The notes beneath the pieces are model-generated. The model ran no database searches. It was not told the DNA's origin and worked only from the letters and a program-made list of their open reading frames with translations. Positions 1-10,967 of a stretch of 32,003 nucleotides of DNA are shown here, in pieces; positions within the stretch are counted from its first letter, which is position 1, and each line of letters starts with the position of its first letter. A program made the position numbers and the translations under genes. Source of the DNA: Ionaspis alba (lineage: Eukaryota); the NCBI GenBank assembly GCA_964255285.1, contig CAXUUL010000105.1, positions 1 through 32,003 on the forward strand, in the 5' to 3' direction.

Positions 1-150
1 ATAGCGGTCAAGCATAAACCACGCTCACCTCAAACCTCTCGAAACGTAAACTCTCCCAATCCGTTGCCATGATTCAGACTCGTGCGTTCGAAAGCCGGCA
101 TCTCGAATCAGATATACAGCAACGCTCCTCGAAGACAAGATTTTGGGGTA

Positions 151-1156
151 GCTGCTACTTAGTCCAACCTCAATGGTCCGCTCTTTCGACTTTCACTTGA
201 TATGTGGGATATGGTTTGGGACTATGTCCTCCCATACGTTTATATCGCCTCAAACGAAGACCCAGTCCCTCCGATTCGATCCTCCGATAGCTGGATAATT
301 GGACATCATCGTTCAAGACGTTTTGCAATACCTATTGGCGAGCATGCAAGTTCCGAATAACAAGCCGGGACCAGAGAGCTTGTTCAATACAAACCGTATG
401 ATGAAGACGACACGTGATTATGTCGACGTATTGCGTGACGATGTCTGGCCGTGAAAATACGCAGTCTGGCTGTGTCAGTGGGAGCTGGGAGGACTATGCC
501 AAGATTTAAGCCTAAGTCCTAGTTCGATGTTCGGTGTATCTAAGCTCTGGGATGCTGAACTACGTCGAGGCTTGAGTGACAAGACAACACTTGTACCCGA
601 GAGTCTCGTCAGAAAGCGGACATTTGATCATGTCAACGATCTGCTACGGTCTTTGCGCCTTTCCTCGGCCCAAATATCTAAAAGGTTGCATGTGGGAACC
701 ATGACAGCATGCAACAGAAGTCAGGGCCTGTTAGGTTTAGATGGAAGAGAGCCGCCTCGTGAAGTCGTCATTCCTCATGCCAATCTCTATCAATACAGTT
801 TGAACGATTTCTGCGCCCTCCTTTCTGATCTACCGCTCAAGAATTTGGATCTGTTGTTCGATTTCCAGGGACTGATACAAGATGGTAATGATTTCAGTAT
901 TGATAGTTGGTGGTTGAAGCCTTCGTTGGACGTGTGGAAGCAGAAGGGGTCTTTGTCGTTACAACTCGGATTTCTAATGGGGTGCTACAGCAATTGGAGT
1001 GATCGAACGACGCCTGAGGCTAAGGGTTTAATGGAATCGCTCGTCGAGAGCTTACGTGCAGCAGGAATCAAGGTACTCTGCAATAATTTGTGTCTCACAA
1101 ATAGAATCCAGCGATGGCATTGCATGAAAGAAGATTTTGCTGCTGCCACGATATGA
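151..1156 (+). pseudogene. Degenerate gene with an F-box-like N-terminal motif (probable pseudogene); boundaries approximate
   Basis: Frame 1 from 151 reads AAT*SNLNGPLFRLSLDMWDMVWDYVLP, resembling the fungal 'Q..SPLFRLPxEIRxMIWxYVL' F-box-like motif, with TAG at 160-162. Frame 2 is open about 299-451, has TGA at 452-454, then continues into ORF 527..1156. I found no clean intron set that repairs it. Confidence 0.4.
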
Positions 1157-1752
1157 CAGAGTTGTCGAAGTTCAAGATGGGCACTGTAATCAGAAGCTGA
1201 GAGCAAGTATTAGGGAATCTCTGTACCATAATACTTTACTGTAAAACCAAGAACGAGAACGAAAAGGTTCACGGTGGCCTCGCAGGATTCTTTCTGTTCT
1301 CTCAAGTCCGAAAATAACTTCAGGGTGAAGACCCATAAGCTCTTCCTTGGTAATCCCCAGAAAGTTCAGCTCTGTCTGGCGATATGGGACAACAGCCGTC
1401 CATATCGCAACAAAATCGTGAACAAACCCACGCGTGCTGTTCTCGTGATAGAGTTGTACGAAGTTTTGGCCACATAGTTCCCAACAGACAAGAAAGTCTC
1501 TAGAACACGTAAGAAAGTCGATGGACTGGGAGTGAGCAAAAAGTACCAGATCCAATTAGCTGGCTAAGAAGCAGCCGTTTCTAGTATTAGCCAACCCAGG
1601 CCATAACCGTGGTAACACGTAGTATTCCCCTACAGAAGACGCCCTCAATGCAACGCTGTTCATGCAAACAAGCCCAAGAAAAACAAATACCTATACAGCA
1701 GGATACGGTGGCGATGATTCTCAATCAGAGGAACACGTCCTTGGCATCCGGC

Positions 1753-2508
1753 CTAAAACAACCAGACATACCAGAACAGAATTATGACAGCAGCGAAGAA
1801 CGCCAGCCAGACCCTCCAGCCAACACCGGTCCTCTCAGCCATCCGTAGCATTCGATTCATAGTCCCTCTTAAGCGGACTCTGGTATTGTCGAAGGAGTCG
1901 TTCATTCGGTCTGCCAGCTGGGACGAGTCCCGGATCTCGTCGCCGATGGCTATTGTGATCTGAAGAGGGCAATGTTTAGCAAATCCGTCTCCAAGAAGCA
2001 GGCCATTTGTGACTAGGACGAGTATCCAAAATAATGTGGCCCTACATCTTTCAACATCTTGACCTTTGCCGTCATCCCCTCCACCTGGTCATCATTCTGG
2101 CTTTCCAGTTCGGAGAGCACCGCGTCGCTATACTGGCCCCTGCGCAACCAGACAATTAGCACGTCCACGCTTCGCGCCTATTGGTCATGTAAAGCAGGCA
2201 CAGCAAGCCTCCTGTGTGTAATGGGCTTAGGACACTGACTTCTTGTTGGGTGTCGCAGGCCGATATCCTCCATTCATACTCGGCGCAGGTCCCGCGCCTG
2301 GTGATGGGCTGTAACCATAACTCCCATTCAATCGCGCAGGCGATTGGCTGCTGGGTCGACTTCCACGGTCTCCAGTGTATCTGTCGAAAAGAGCGGATCG
2401 GGTGTCTCGTTGGTGGAGGGCAGAGGGGCCAAATCTATTATGCGCAGGGCGTATTAGTCATGGACAGAAGCTCAGACAAACGGGAGTGATACGTTACCTT
2501 GATGCCAT
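1753..2508 (-). CDS. BET1: Bet1-type Qc-SNARE, ER-Golgi transport (4 exons)
   Basis: Exons 2508-2498, 2434-2240, 2139-2046, 1959-1753, all GT-AG. Translation: MASRFGPSALHQRDTRSALFD...YRPATPNKKGQYSDAVLSELESQNDDQVEGMTAKVKMLKDITIAIGDEIRDSSQLAERMNDSFDNTRVRLRGTMNRMLRMAERTGVGWRVWLAFFAAVIILFWYVWLF*. This is a SNARE coil plus a C-terminal TM anchor. Confidence 0.92.
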
Positions 2509-3130
2509 TGTTTAGAATTTTGTAGAATTAGGGAGCGCAACGTGGTTTCAAGATGCGGCTGGCAGCGGAATTCATTGCCGAGATATCACTCAGGCAGCAC
2601 TTTTGAGTGGACGAGCAATACCATCTAAGTTATCCCTCTCTATAAGTCGATCATTGGAACAAAAAGTCCAGCTTTCTAGCAGGCAGTCTATACAATTACG
2701 TTTGGAGGATAAAGTCCACCATAAACCTGGTTTCCTGCCAATCACCATCTCTCTGAGCGTTACAATTTCTCTCGTTACATTTGGAGCTTTGCTCACATCG
2801 AAAAGCTTTACCGACCCTGGGACCAGACAATTCAATGCAATCGGAGCATAACAAGCAACGGAATATGTAGGACATTGATTCAGCTATGATGAGTTACATG
2901 TCAAACCTATGTGTTTGCTCGAGGCTGGTGAAACTCAAAGCTTGCTCCGTCCGCTGTAATATCCCCCATTCCATCGTAGCAGAGTACCGTATGCTTTTCA
3001 TAAAAAGTACCATCCTCCAGTATCTATGCACATCCGGGCTTCGCAACGAACATGCTAGTAGTCGTAAAGCCTTGCCGTCTAGCAGAGCTAAGAGTATGCG
3101 TCGAGAAGCATGCCATAATCGTAGCACCAC

Positions 3131-3596
3131 CTATTCCTCCATGGCATCGTCGTGCCTCTCCTCGAAGTCCTCATCATCGTCATCATCATCGTCGTCTATA
3201 GGCTCACCGGCATCCGCAGCATCTCTGGCGGCTTTCTCGAAATCAATCGTTTTCCCGCGTGTACGACGGCCGTCGTTGATGATGTTCTCGGTGCTGATTT
3301 CTTCCATGTTGTCTGCATCCTCTTCCTCTAGTATTGAGTCAGATTGCGAGCGCCGTGTTTGGCAGAGCTGCCTTACCAGGTTCCTCGGCTTCCTAAGAGT
3401 CATGTAAGTGAATGCTTAGGTTACGAGTCGCGCAAACCACGTGAGAGCGACCTACCTCTTGTTCACCTGCGCTCTCCTCAGAGCTGTCTTCATCCTCATC
3501 CATGCTCATGTCTTGTGGTGGATGGTCGACAGCCTTTCCTTTGCCTTTTGCTTCTTGTGCGGTATCCATTGGCGCACTTCCTGTCTGATCACTCAT
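3131..3596 (-). CDS. CHZ1: Histone H2A.Z chaperone Chz1 (3 exons)
   Basis: Exons 3596-3456, 3392-3377 (16 nt), 3327-3131. Highly acidic protein with a KGKGKA patch and the CHZ motif DNMEEISTENIINDGRRTRGKTIDF. Confidence 0.9.
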
Positions 3597-3721
3597 CTTG
3601 CTGTCTGATATATTGAGTTCGTCGCAGAAGAGTAGATACGTGGGTTGTTGAGGAGTAGATTGCAAGAGACCGACGGTTGCTTTGTTGTTGACAGAGGCTT
3701 GAACTTAAGACAGAAACGAGC

Positions 3722-3752
3722 TTCGCGACAGACCTAGGCGCGACGCGCCAAT
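3722..3752. promoter_or_regulatory. MCB-like CGCG elements plus CCAAT box in the CHZ1/ORC5 bidirectional promoter
   Basis: TTCGCGAC at 3722-3729, palindromic GGCGCGACGCGCC at 3737-3749, and CCAAT at 3748-3752, all within the 201-bp divergent spacer. Confidence 0.55.
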
Positions 3753-3797
3753 CCAGTCGAGCAACGCTCAACCTCACCTTAACGCCTAATACCGACA

Positions 3798-5311
3798 ATG
3801 TTGCCCGAAGCTCTTCTACTATACCTTAATGAACAGATACTATGTCGAGAAAGGCAGATCAAACAGATTGCCACTCTTTTAGATGTAATCTACCAAATAT
3901 CAGCCATTCAACACCGCACACTAATACTAGGATCAGACCAATGTGCCAAGTATTCCAGCACTCGTATTACATGGACTCGAGGCTACAGGAAAGAGCTTGA
4001 CCATCAACGCCGTCCTGGAAGCCCTTGATGTTTGTCATGCAATCGTTCAATCCCGAGAATGCATAACAGCACGGCATCTACTGGAGCGGACGGTCATTGC
4101 TTGTAAAATAGCAATCGAATTGATAGACAACTTCAGCGCATTCAATGACATCGATGGGAGATGTGAAAACCTCAGCGCCTTAGCAGTACAGTTGCAGCGA
4201 CTACTTGGTGGTCGAAAGAAGTTTATATTAGTTTTTGACGGGATTGACAAGCAACGCGAAGCCCAGCCTACGTTATTGTCTGCCATCGGTCGACTGGGAG
4301 AGATTGTAAGAGGACAGCGAGGTCCCATAGTTCTGCGTGGCTAATATCATGCAGATCCCGAACCTCACCGTTGTGGTGGTCGTCACCGCTCCTCGACCAC
4401 GATTCCTTCACCTTGCTGGTGTGCCACATGTCCATTTCACTCCTTATGACCGAGCGGAATCTCTCAAAATTGTAGGACGATCGCCTCTTCCGATATTTGT
4501 CATCCAACCAGACCATGAAATTCCAGAAGGAACGAGACTGGAAATGGAAGAGGATGATATATGGCTATGGTCACGGTTCTGCGGGGCCGTCTGGGACTCT
4601 TTGGGAAAAGGGGCTGCTAGAGATCTGATCAAGTTTCGAGTACTTTGCGAAAGGCTATGGGTACCATTCGTAGCACCCATCAGAGACCGTACCTACGGAA
4701 CTCGGGACTTTTCAAAACTCATGGTCCGAAATCGGGCACTATTTCAGAGTGAAGCCGCTTTGATTGAGAACATTGTACCAATTGCTATTCCTGAGACAAG
4801 AAAGAGGCTGACACAACGTGAGAATCTTCATCCTTGCTCGAACACAGTTGCGGAAGTACTGACGAATGCAGAATCATATGATCTTCCTTACTACACCAGT
4901 TACCTTCTTATCGCCGCTTATCTCGCCTCCTACAATCCTTCCCGGCAAGATCAGGTATTCTTCATGAAAGCCCACGAAAAGAAACGCCGGAAGAAAGGGG
5001 GAGGCACAGCAAAGGGTAGACCATCAAAACACCGCAAAATCCAACGCAAGCTTCTTGGACCACAACCTTTCCTGCATGAACGTCTGCTTGCGATCTTCCA
5101 TGCGATCATCCCTCACGAAGTACCAGGTGGGACAGCAGATCTCATGACTCAGATAGCTACTCTGTCGTCGTTAAGACTCATCGTAAAGGCTTCGGCGCGT
5201 GCAGACATACTAGACGCTGGAACCAAATGGCGTGTCAACGTCGGCTCGGAATACATACAGGGAGTGGTTGGTAGGCTCAAATTCGATATCGCAAGCTATC
5301 TTGCGGGTTGA
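3798..5311 (+). CDS. ORC5: Origin recognition complex subunit 5 (4 exons)
   Basis: Motifs CRERQI, Walker A GLEATGKS, ECITARHLLER, FILVFDGIDKQRE, YLLIAAYLASYNP and LLGPQPFLHERLLAIF. Introns 3885-3930 (or 3936), 4306-4354, 4818-4871. Confidence 0.93.
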
Positions 5312-5472
5312 TGTGTCAATAGATCTGACACAAAATGGGTTTGTCGGAATCAATCTAGTGCAAGCCATGACTGATGCGCAATCAAGAAAGAAGAAAGTAT
5401 GAAAATCATACTCTTGTAAAAAGGAGTAAACTTCGTGGTCATACTTCCTTCGAATGCCGTGGTGTACGGGAT

Positions 5473-6440
5473 CTAATTCTCTGCTCCTTGTCTCCTATCT
5501 GCCAAATTTCCACCCCTCCTTCCACCACCGCGTTGTGCATGTACCAGAGGACTGCTGCCAAAGACCGAACTGCCAAGGACACCACTGCCGTTGCTGACCC
5601 GTCCCATTGCAGGGAGTGACTCCCTACCTTGAATCCAGTCCGACCCATCGCTATCATCTTCGAGATCCGTATCCGTATGCTGATAACTTCCCGCCTCCGG
5701 CACATCGTCATCAAGGTCTCTCCCTCCTGCCCCCGCATCAACCTCCATGCCTTCCGCATAATCCCCATCCCCTTCTTCCCTCGGCAATCCATCTTCTCCG
5801 TCCAAGTCAACCCAGCCGTCTTGGCCTTCATCAGCATCCGGAATATCATCGTCGAGATCCCGTTCGCCATCACCGCTTTCGTCATCCCCAGCGGTACCAT
5901 TGGCAACCTCTTGAAGCCTTGCTTCTTCGACAGCCTGCTCTCTGGCCATGGCCGCCTCGAGGGCAGCTTGTTCTCTACAATACATCATGTCAACGCCTTG
6001 TGCTTTTGATCTGTCCGACAGCCTGCAATATAATGGAACAGCTTCATACCTTTCGGCTACTGCTTCCTGCTCTTCCCTCTCCGCCTTCTCCTCAGCCATT
6101 CCCTGTAGAGTCTTGCCTACTCCAGGTGGTTTTATCCATCCTGCCCCGAATCTGCGTACATTTGCTTTGCGTAGCTCCACAGCATGCTCGTCTGCACGTA
6201 GTGTGCTTAGGATTGTTCGGACTGGTGCAGTAGTATGGCCATTTCGAGAGTGGTGATGATGCCGGGTATTGGCAGGGGGAATCGTTGTTTGGTTTGCGGG
6301 AGGATTGAATGTGTGTGTAGCGAGTGAAGGATACCACAGACTATGCGCCTGGACTTGTCAGGCCACAGGACAAAGGAATTGGGCTCTCCGAAAAGGTAGC
6401 TTACATCGTGAGGTCCAAGGGGAGGAAGAGAGGAGAGCAT
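5473..6440 (-). CDS. APC15: Anaphase-promoting complex subunit Apc15/Mnd2 family (3 exons)
   Basis: MLSSLPPLGPHD|AHSLWYPS...LRADEHAVELRKANVRRFGAGWIKPPGVGKTLQGMAEEKAEREE, an acidic region with repeated RDLDDDxP, and YQHTDTDLED. Introns 6404-6349 and 6049-5975. Confidence 0.85.
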
Positions 6441-6734
6441 AGTGCACGGCGGTGTGAAGTGTTGTTCAAACAGCTTAGAAATAGCTCAACATAAATTTTA
6501 TGGTATCTAAGGCGATCAATGCTATGTAAAGCGTGTTTGGAAAAAATAACAAACTTGCGTCATTTGGGAGTCTCCGAGATCACCGTTACGCAAAAATCTT
6601 GGCATGTATTATTATTATTTTGTTGATTGAAATTATACAAATATCGAAAATCTTTCGATAAATAATTACATTATTGATTGGATAGCTATTTTTTGCAAAT
6701 TTCTGTGAGTTGGTCTGAGTTAAGGTCCTGACAG

Positions 6735-8601
6735 TCAATCTATTTCTTCATGATCCTGAAAGGGCCAGAGCTCATCAAACTCCCTCCTCTCCTCTTCTGT
6801 AAGAGCGGCTTCCGCCATCTCACTTTTAATAAGCTTAGCCTTTTCTCTCGCGCTCTCAAATTCCTCATTCAGTACCCAGCCTTCAGTGTTAATCCCGATG
6901 AAGTCGCGCACCTGCTGCATTTGTTCGTCGGCATTCTTCTGCTTGGAATCCCTGTCAAGGCATTCCTCGACTTCTGCTGGGGAGTAGTGAACTGGAGGAT
7001 TTCCTTCTGCAGGGGCAATCTCGGACCAATGTGCCATTGTCTTGATCAACTCGGCTTGGAGCGATGTATTATCACCTTCCCAGGGCCGACAAGCAGTGTC
7101 GTAAAGCTGGTTCCTCAAAACGAGGTTGTACTTTCCCATTGCGTGGAAGTGAGCCTTGTTAAGGCGACTCGTGTGACCAACGTAGAAATAATGCATTTGC
7201 CTTCGGCGGTAGAGTTCCATCTCTATTTCCTTGTCACTGTCGGTTATGGTGACGAAATCCTCCGCAAGTTTTGGACGTCGGAAATTCTCCGAATCATCGT
7301 CGCCATAGTTCTGGAAATGCTTGGGGATTTTGGCTTGTAAGAAAATTGGAAGGATAGTAGCATGTTGCCAGTCAATGATGCCAGTGATGTCGCCAGAGTC
7401 GGAGATGAATATATTGCTAGGCGAGAGGTCAGGGTGACGGATGGTAGGTGCGTTTAGCTGCTCCGCTTTAGGAACGAGGTGAGGAGCGATCTTTAGATAG
7501 TCGAACAGATGATTCATCTGCACCTGTGGATCTACCTTTTGACGGCCATAGAACTCCCTGTAGAGCGTTTCACGGGGATATCGTTTTTCGCCGAATCTCC
7601 GGAGCCACATAATCTCCCTTTCGCCGACTGCTCTCAACAGCTCTTCACTACTCTTCCCTGAAAATTGTCTGGTTAGCTGGCACGGGATCGTACAAATAGG
7701 GATGCTCACAGGGTCCACGATTGGCCGCGAGCTCATTTCGCTTTTGATGCCACCATAGATACTCGGTCGAGGGTCCGATGCAGAATCTACATAAATCTTT
7801 GAGGCTGTTGTTTTCGGGCATATCCACGCTCTTGACACCAGCATTCAAGGAATTTTTGAAGAAAAGGCTACCGTTGGCGGGAAAATGAACGCCAAACAGA
7901 ATCCTCTCCACATCCACAATCTTCTCGACAACCGCCATCCTCTCCTTAAATGTCATAGTGTACCATGTATCTGCCAACTCTCTCCCCTGAACCCGCTCCA
8001 TGATGATATATTCAGAGCCAACTTGATTGGACGCGGATGAGCTCCAATCGAAAACCCTGGGAATCGGAACACCATTAAGACGTAGAAACTCCATCGTGGC
8101 AACCTCACTAGCGACGCCACATTTGCGAGGAATAGTAGAAGGATATGGGAGGCGTGATATGACCTTCGTTCCATCGCGGAAGGTTGCTTCAAAGATACGG
8201 TAAGAACCGCCCTCTGCGATCTTTGTGAGGAGTACAATATCGGTACTGGACAACCCGACAGATTTGGCAACGACGCGGCACAGCTCATTTATGTTGAAAT
8301 AGAGTCGTCTCTCAGAAAGGCGCAGATGTTCATTGTAACTTCGGAAGCGTATAACGGTTAGGGAAGGTGGGCAATCAATGAACACCTGGCGTGTCCTATT
8401 GACTTACAGCCATCTACCAGACGTGTAATTGTAGAATGGATGGGCGGCATCGTTGATGTCGGCCGTCTCTTCGCGATGCTTTCCCATGCTGTACTTCCGC
8501 GATGGGGAACAATCTTGTCTGGCCGAAAGCTTTCGCGTGTCCCTACCGCAAGGCGTGCAAAGGAAACGGAGAGCTTTTCGGATATGACTATTTCTCTGCA
8601 T
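6735..8601 (-). CDS. Aminoglycoside phosphotransferase-family (Aim9-like) protein kinase-like enzyme (3 exons)
   Basis: Motifs FYNYTSGRWL|YNEHLRLSERRLYFN, KIAEGGSYRIF, VASEVATMEFLR, GSEYIIMERVQG, GP|W, catalytic HPDLSPSNIFI and GIIDWQH. Introns 8407-8339 and 7709-7658. Start inferred at the most upstream in-frame ATG (8601); the N-terminus is basic. Confidence 0.88.
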
Positions 8602-8827
8602 TGTGTGAATAGAGAAAGCTGGAGAAGATACCACGGCACTGTTGGCTCGCTGGTAGGGTTCGGCCAGGTATAATCGACATGCGGTGTTTAGTGACGCTGT
8701 AGCTACTCCCGCAACAAATGATCCGTTAGCTGCCACCAAAGTTAAAATTAGTGATGTGGGATTTATTTTCGCGATCTAATTAGTTTGTGATAGATTTAAC
8801 TATTTTGTGACCTTTTGAGTGATATGT

Positions 8828-8880
8828 TAGTCTCGCCCCCCACCAAAGTGGTAAAACCACTTTGGTGGGGGGCGAGACTA
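8828..8880. repeat. Perfect 25-bp inverted repeat with a 3-nt loop
   Basis: TAGTCTCGCCCCCCACCAAAGTGGT (8828-8852), AAA, ACCACTTTGGTGGGGGGCGAGACTA (8856-8880). The arms are exact reverse complements. Confidence 0.97.
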
Positions 8881-10052
8881 CCCAATTTGTACAAGCGGGA
8901 TTTATTCGTCCAACCTCAAATGTTCACACTATCCAGAATCCCTTCTTACCAGAAGATGAGGGAGGCTAGCATGTACTCGTCATGGATGGACAAGAATGGT
9001 TGCTACGTATATTCTGGGTTCCCAAAGCGAGTGAGTCGGTACTGCGTACTGATACACGCGAGAACTTTGCGAGAGCATCGGACGTGGTAGCAAGCTCGCT
9101 ATGATCGAGGGCGTGAGACACAGTCGCTACAAACTGTTTTCCCAGGAAAAAAAGAGTGATAACCTCGAACATGTTCCGCCTCTGACTTTCAGTGGACAAA
9201 GCCACTTTTCAAATCAGCCATTCTACTTTAGCCGGCGTATGGTGACTAAGATGCCTTTCTGGGGCAATATTCCATCGTTCACTTCAGATGTGACCGTCCA
9301 TGTCACTACAAAACAGTCATTGATGAGAAGAACATTAGTGAATTCGATCATCCAAGTTATCGCAAACACAACGGTTGTTTCCACCTCCTATTCAAGATTT
9401 TTGAATCAGGGTTGTGGAGTCTGCGATCCGTTCATTTAACCAAAGACTTAGTGGGACAACTACTGGTCATCTGTTGCCTTACCGCAAACCGACTCATCAA
9501 GAGGACGCAACTATCTACGAAGGCCATCTAAAGGCATCGCGGAATCATCCTAATCTACCGAATACTTCAGATATCATATAGTGGGCTCCGCTCCGCCATA
9601 ACCTATCTCCTGCTAGGGTTGAGTTTTTCCCTTTGTCAATCGTCTGTCTTGTTGTGCTTCTCCCTAATCTACCTTCTGTTAGTGATACTTCCTTCCTTCC
9701 TCAACATGGTGTCTTGATGGTCTTGGAGACGGTTGGGATAGATAATAGCAGCAATATTTTTCTTCTGTGTAATTCCTGAATATACCGAGATACGAATCAT
9801 CGCGCTGAAACCCACCATTGTGTCATACAAGTACCGCACCTCGGGATGGTTGCAATGATTCAGAAGGCAGAGTGATATTTTTGTCATTTCCAAATTCACA
9901 GAATGCTGTCTTCAAGATATAGGAATGGCATACAACACGTTCATTTAGTCAATATCAGTTTTTACTTTCAACAGCTGCGACGGAGACCACGCCGTAACCT
10001 ATTACATCATCTGCTTCAATATTCCTGTGTTCTTGCTTTTCCAGCCGCAAAT

Positions 10053-10607
10053 ATGTGCGGAGACATCTTTCTCAACTCAGCAAATTGGGACGCCAAAGTT
10101 CGAGCCAATCGCGCTCGAAGAAACGCCCAATTTGCCCTACCACCTTATCGCAGACAGCCTTTAAGTATGTCTGAACCACCTCCTTCACGAGTAGGACTTC
10201 CCCCGAATATCAGAATGAGCCATGGCATGTCAAATCACAAGGGCCCAGTTTTCGAACTCGAAGGATTGGGGCCGCAGGGCCGCCTTAGCCGTGCTCCAAG
10301 TCGCACTCCAAGCCATCGTTCCAGCCATACTCGATCCGGAGACCGGAGTCAAAGTCGTCGCCCCAGCCGTACCGGCAGTTCGAGTCGGCATGCTGGCGGT
10401 CGTGCACCATCTCCACAACGTACTGGACCGATGGGACTGAGGGGCGGATTTGATCGCCGAGGAGGTCCACCACCCGCCATGAACAACTTTCCGGACATGG
10501 TGACGAGAGCGGAGAACCGGCAGAGGAGTCAGACTAGCAGGCATCGAAGTAGAAGTAGGAGTCAAAACCCCGATTTTGATGTCAGGTCTAAAAGGTCGAG
10601 ATGGTGA
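10053..10607 (+). CDS. Hypothetical basic Arg/Ser/Gly-rich disordered protein (184 aa)
   Basis: Long ORF with a likely start in context gcaaatATG (MCGDIFLNSANWDAKVRANR...). Contains SR repeats and LRGGFDRRGG. No family recognised. Confidence 0.6.
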   Translation: MCGDIFLNSANWDAKVRANRARRNAQFALPPYRRQPLSMSEPPPSRVGLPPNIRMSHGMSNHKGPVFELEGLGPQGRLSRAPSRTPSHRSSHTRSGDRSQSRRPSRTGSSSRHAGGRAPSPQRTGPMGLRGGFDRRGGPPPAMNNFPDMVTRAENRQRSQTSRHRSRSRSQNPDFDVRSKRSRW

Positions 10608-10967
10608 ATCGGGTTGTTGCAAGCTTTCATAGGGCTCATAATCTGCATGTTTTGGTTGCAAACACACTTCGTGATTCTTTCATTACAACTTCTCCGTCAT
10701 GCACGTTGTCGTGTGACTCTTGATGCTCAGCAATAGGTGATGGCTGGCTGTTGTGAAGCACAATCATGTCAAAAACCAGGTTCTGTGACTTGTGCCTGGA
10801 AAAACGACGCTCATAAAAGCCCTTCCTATCCTCTTCTTCGTTCCTACTTCCCTTTTCCCCTGCACCTTGTCAAACATCGATTCACCTTCGTCGTCTTGGC
10901 TCTGAACAGCACTGTTAACCAGACTTTACATACTCGGCCCCTTTCTTGCCCTCATACCAACCAAAAA

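Noticed and set aside
1190..1555. 121-aa minus-strand ORF
   Set aside because: Non-ATG start, no recognisable family, and it overlaps the probable pseudogene tail.
2590..3130. ORFs between BET1 and CHZ1
   Set aside because: Short, motif-less and overlapping promoter or 3' UTR space; no ncRNA recognised.
8828..8895. Palindrome as a Helitron 3' hairpin
   Set aside because: No CTRR terminus at a suitable distance on either strand, and the stem is longer than typical.
8815..9899. Short ORFs between the palindrome and the orphan genes
   Set aside because: No recognisable domain or transposase motif, and no consistent exon chain.
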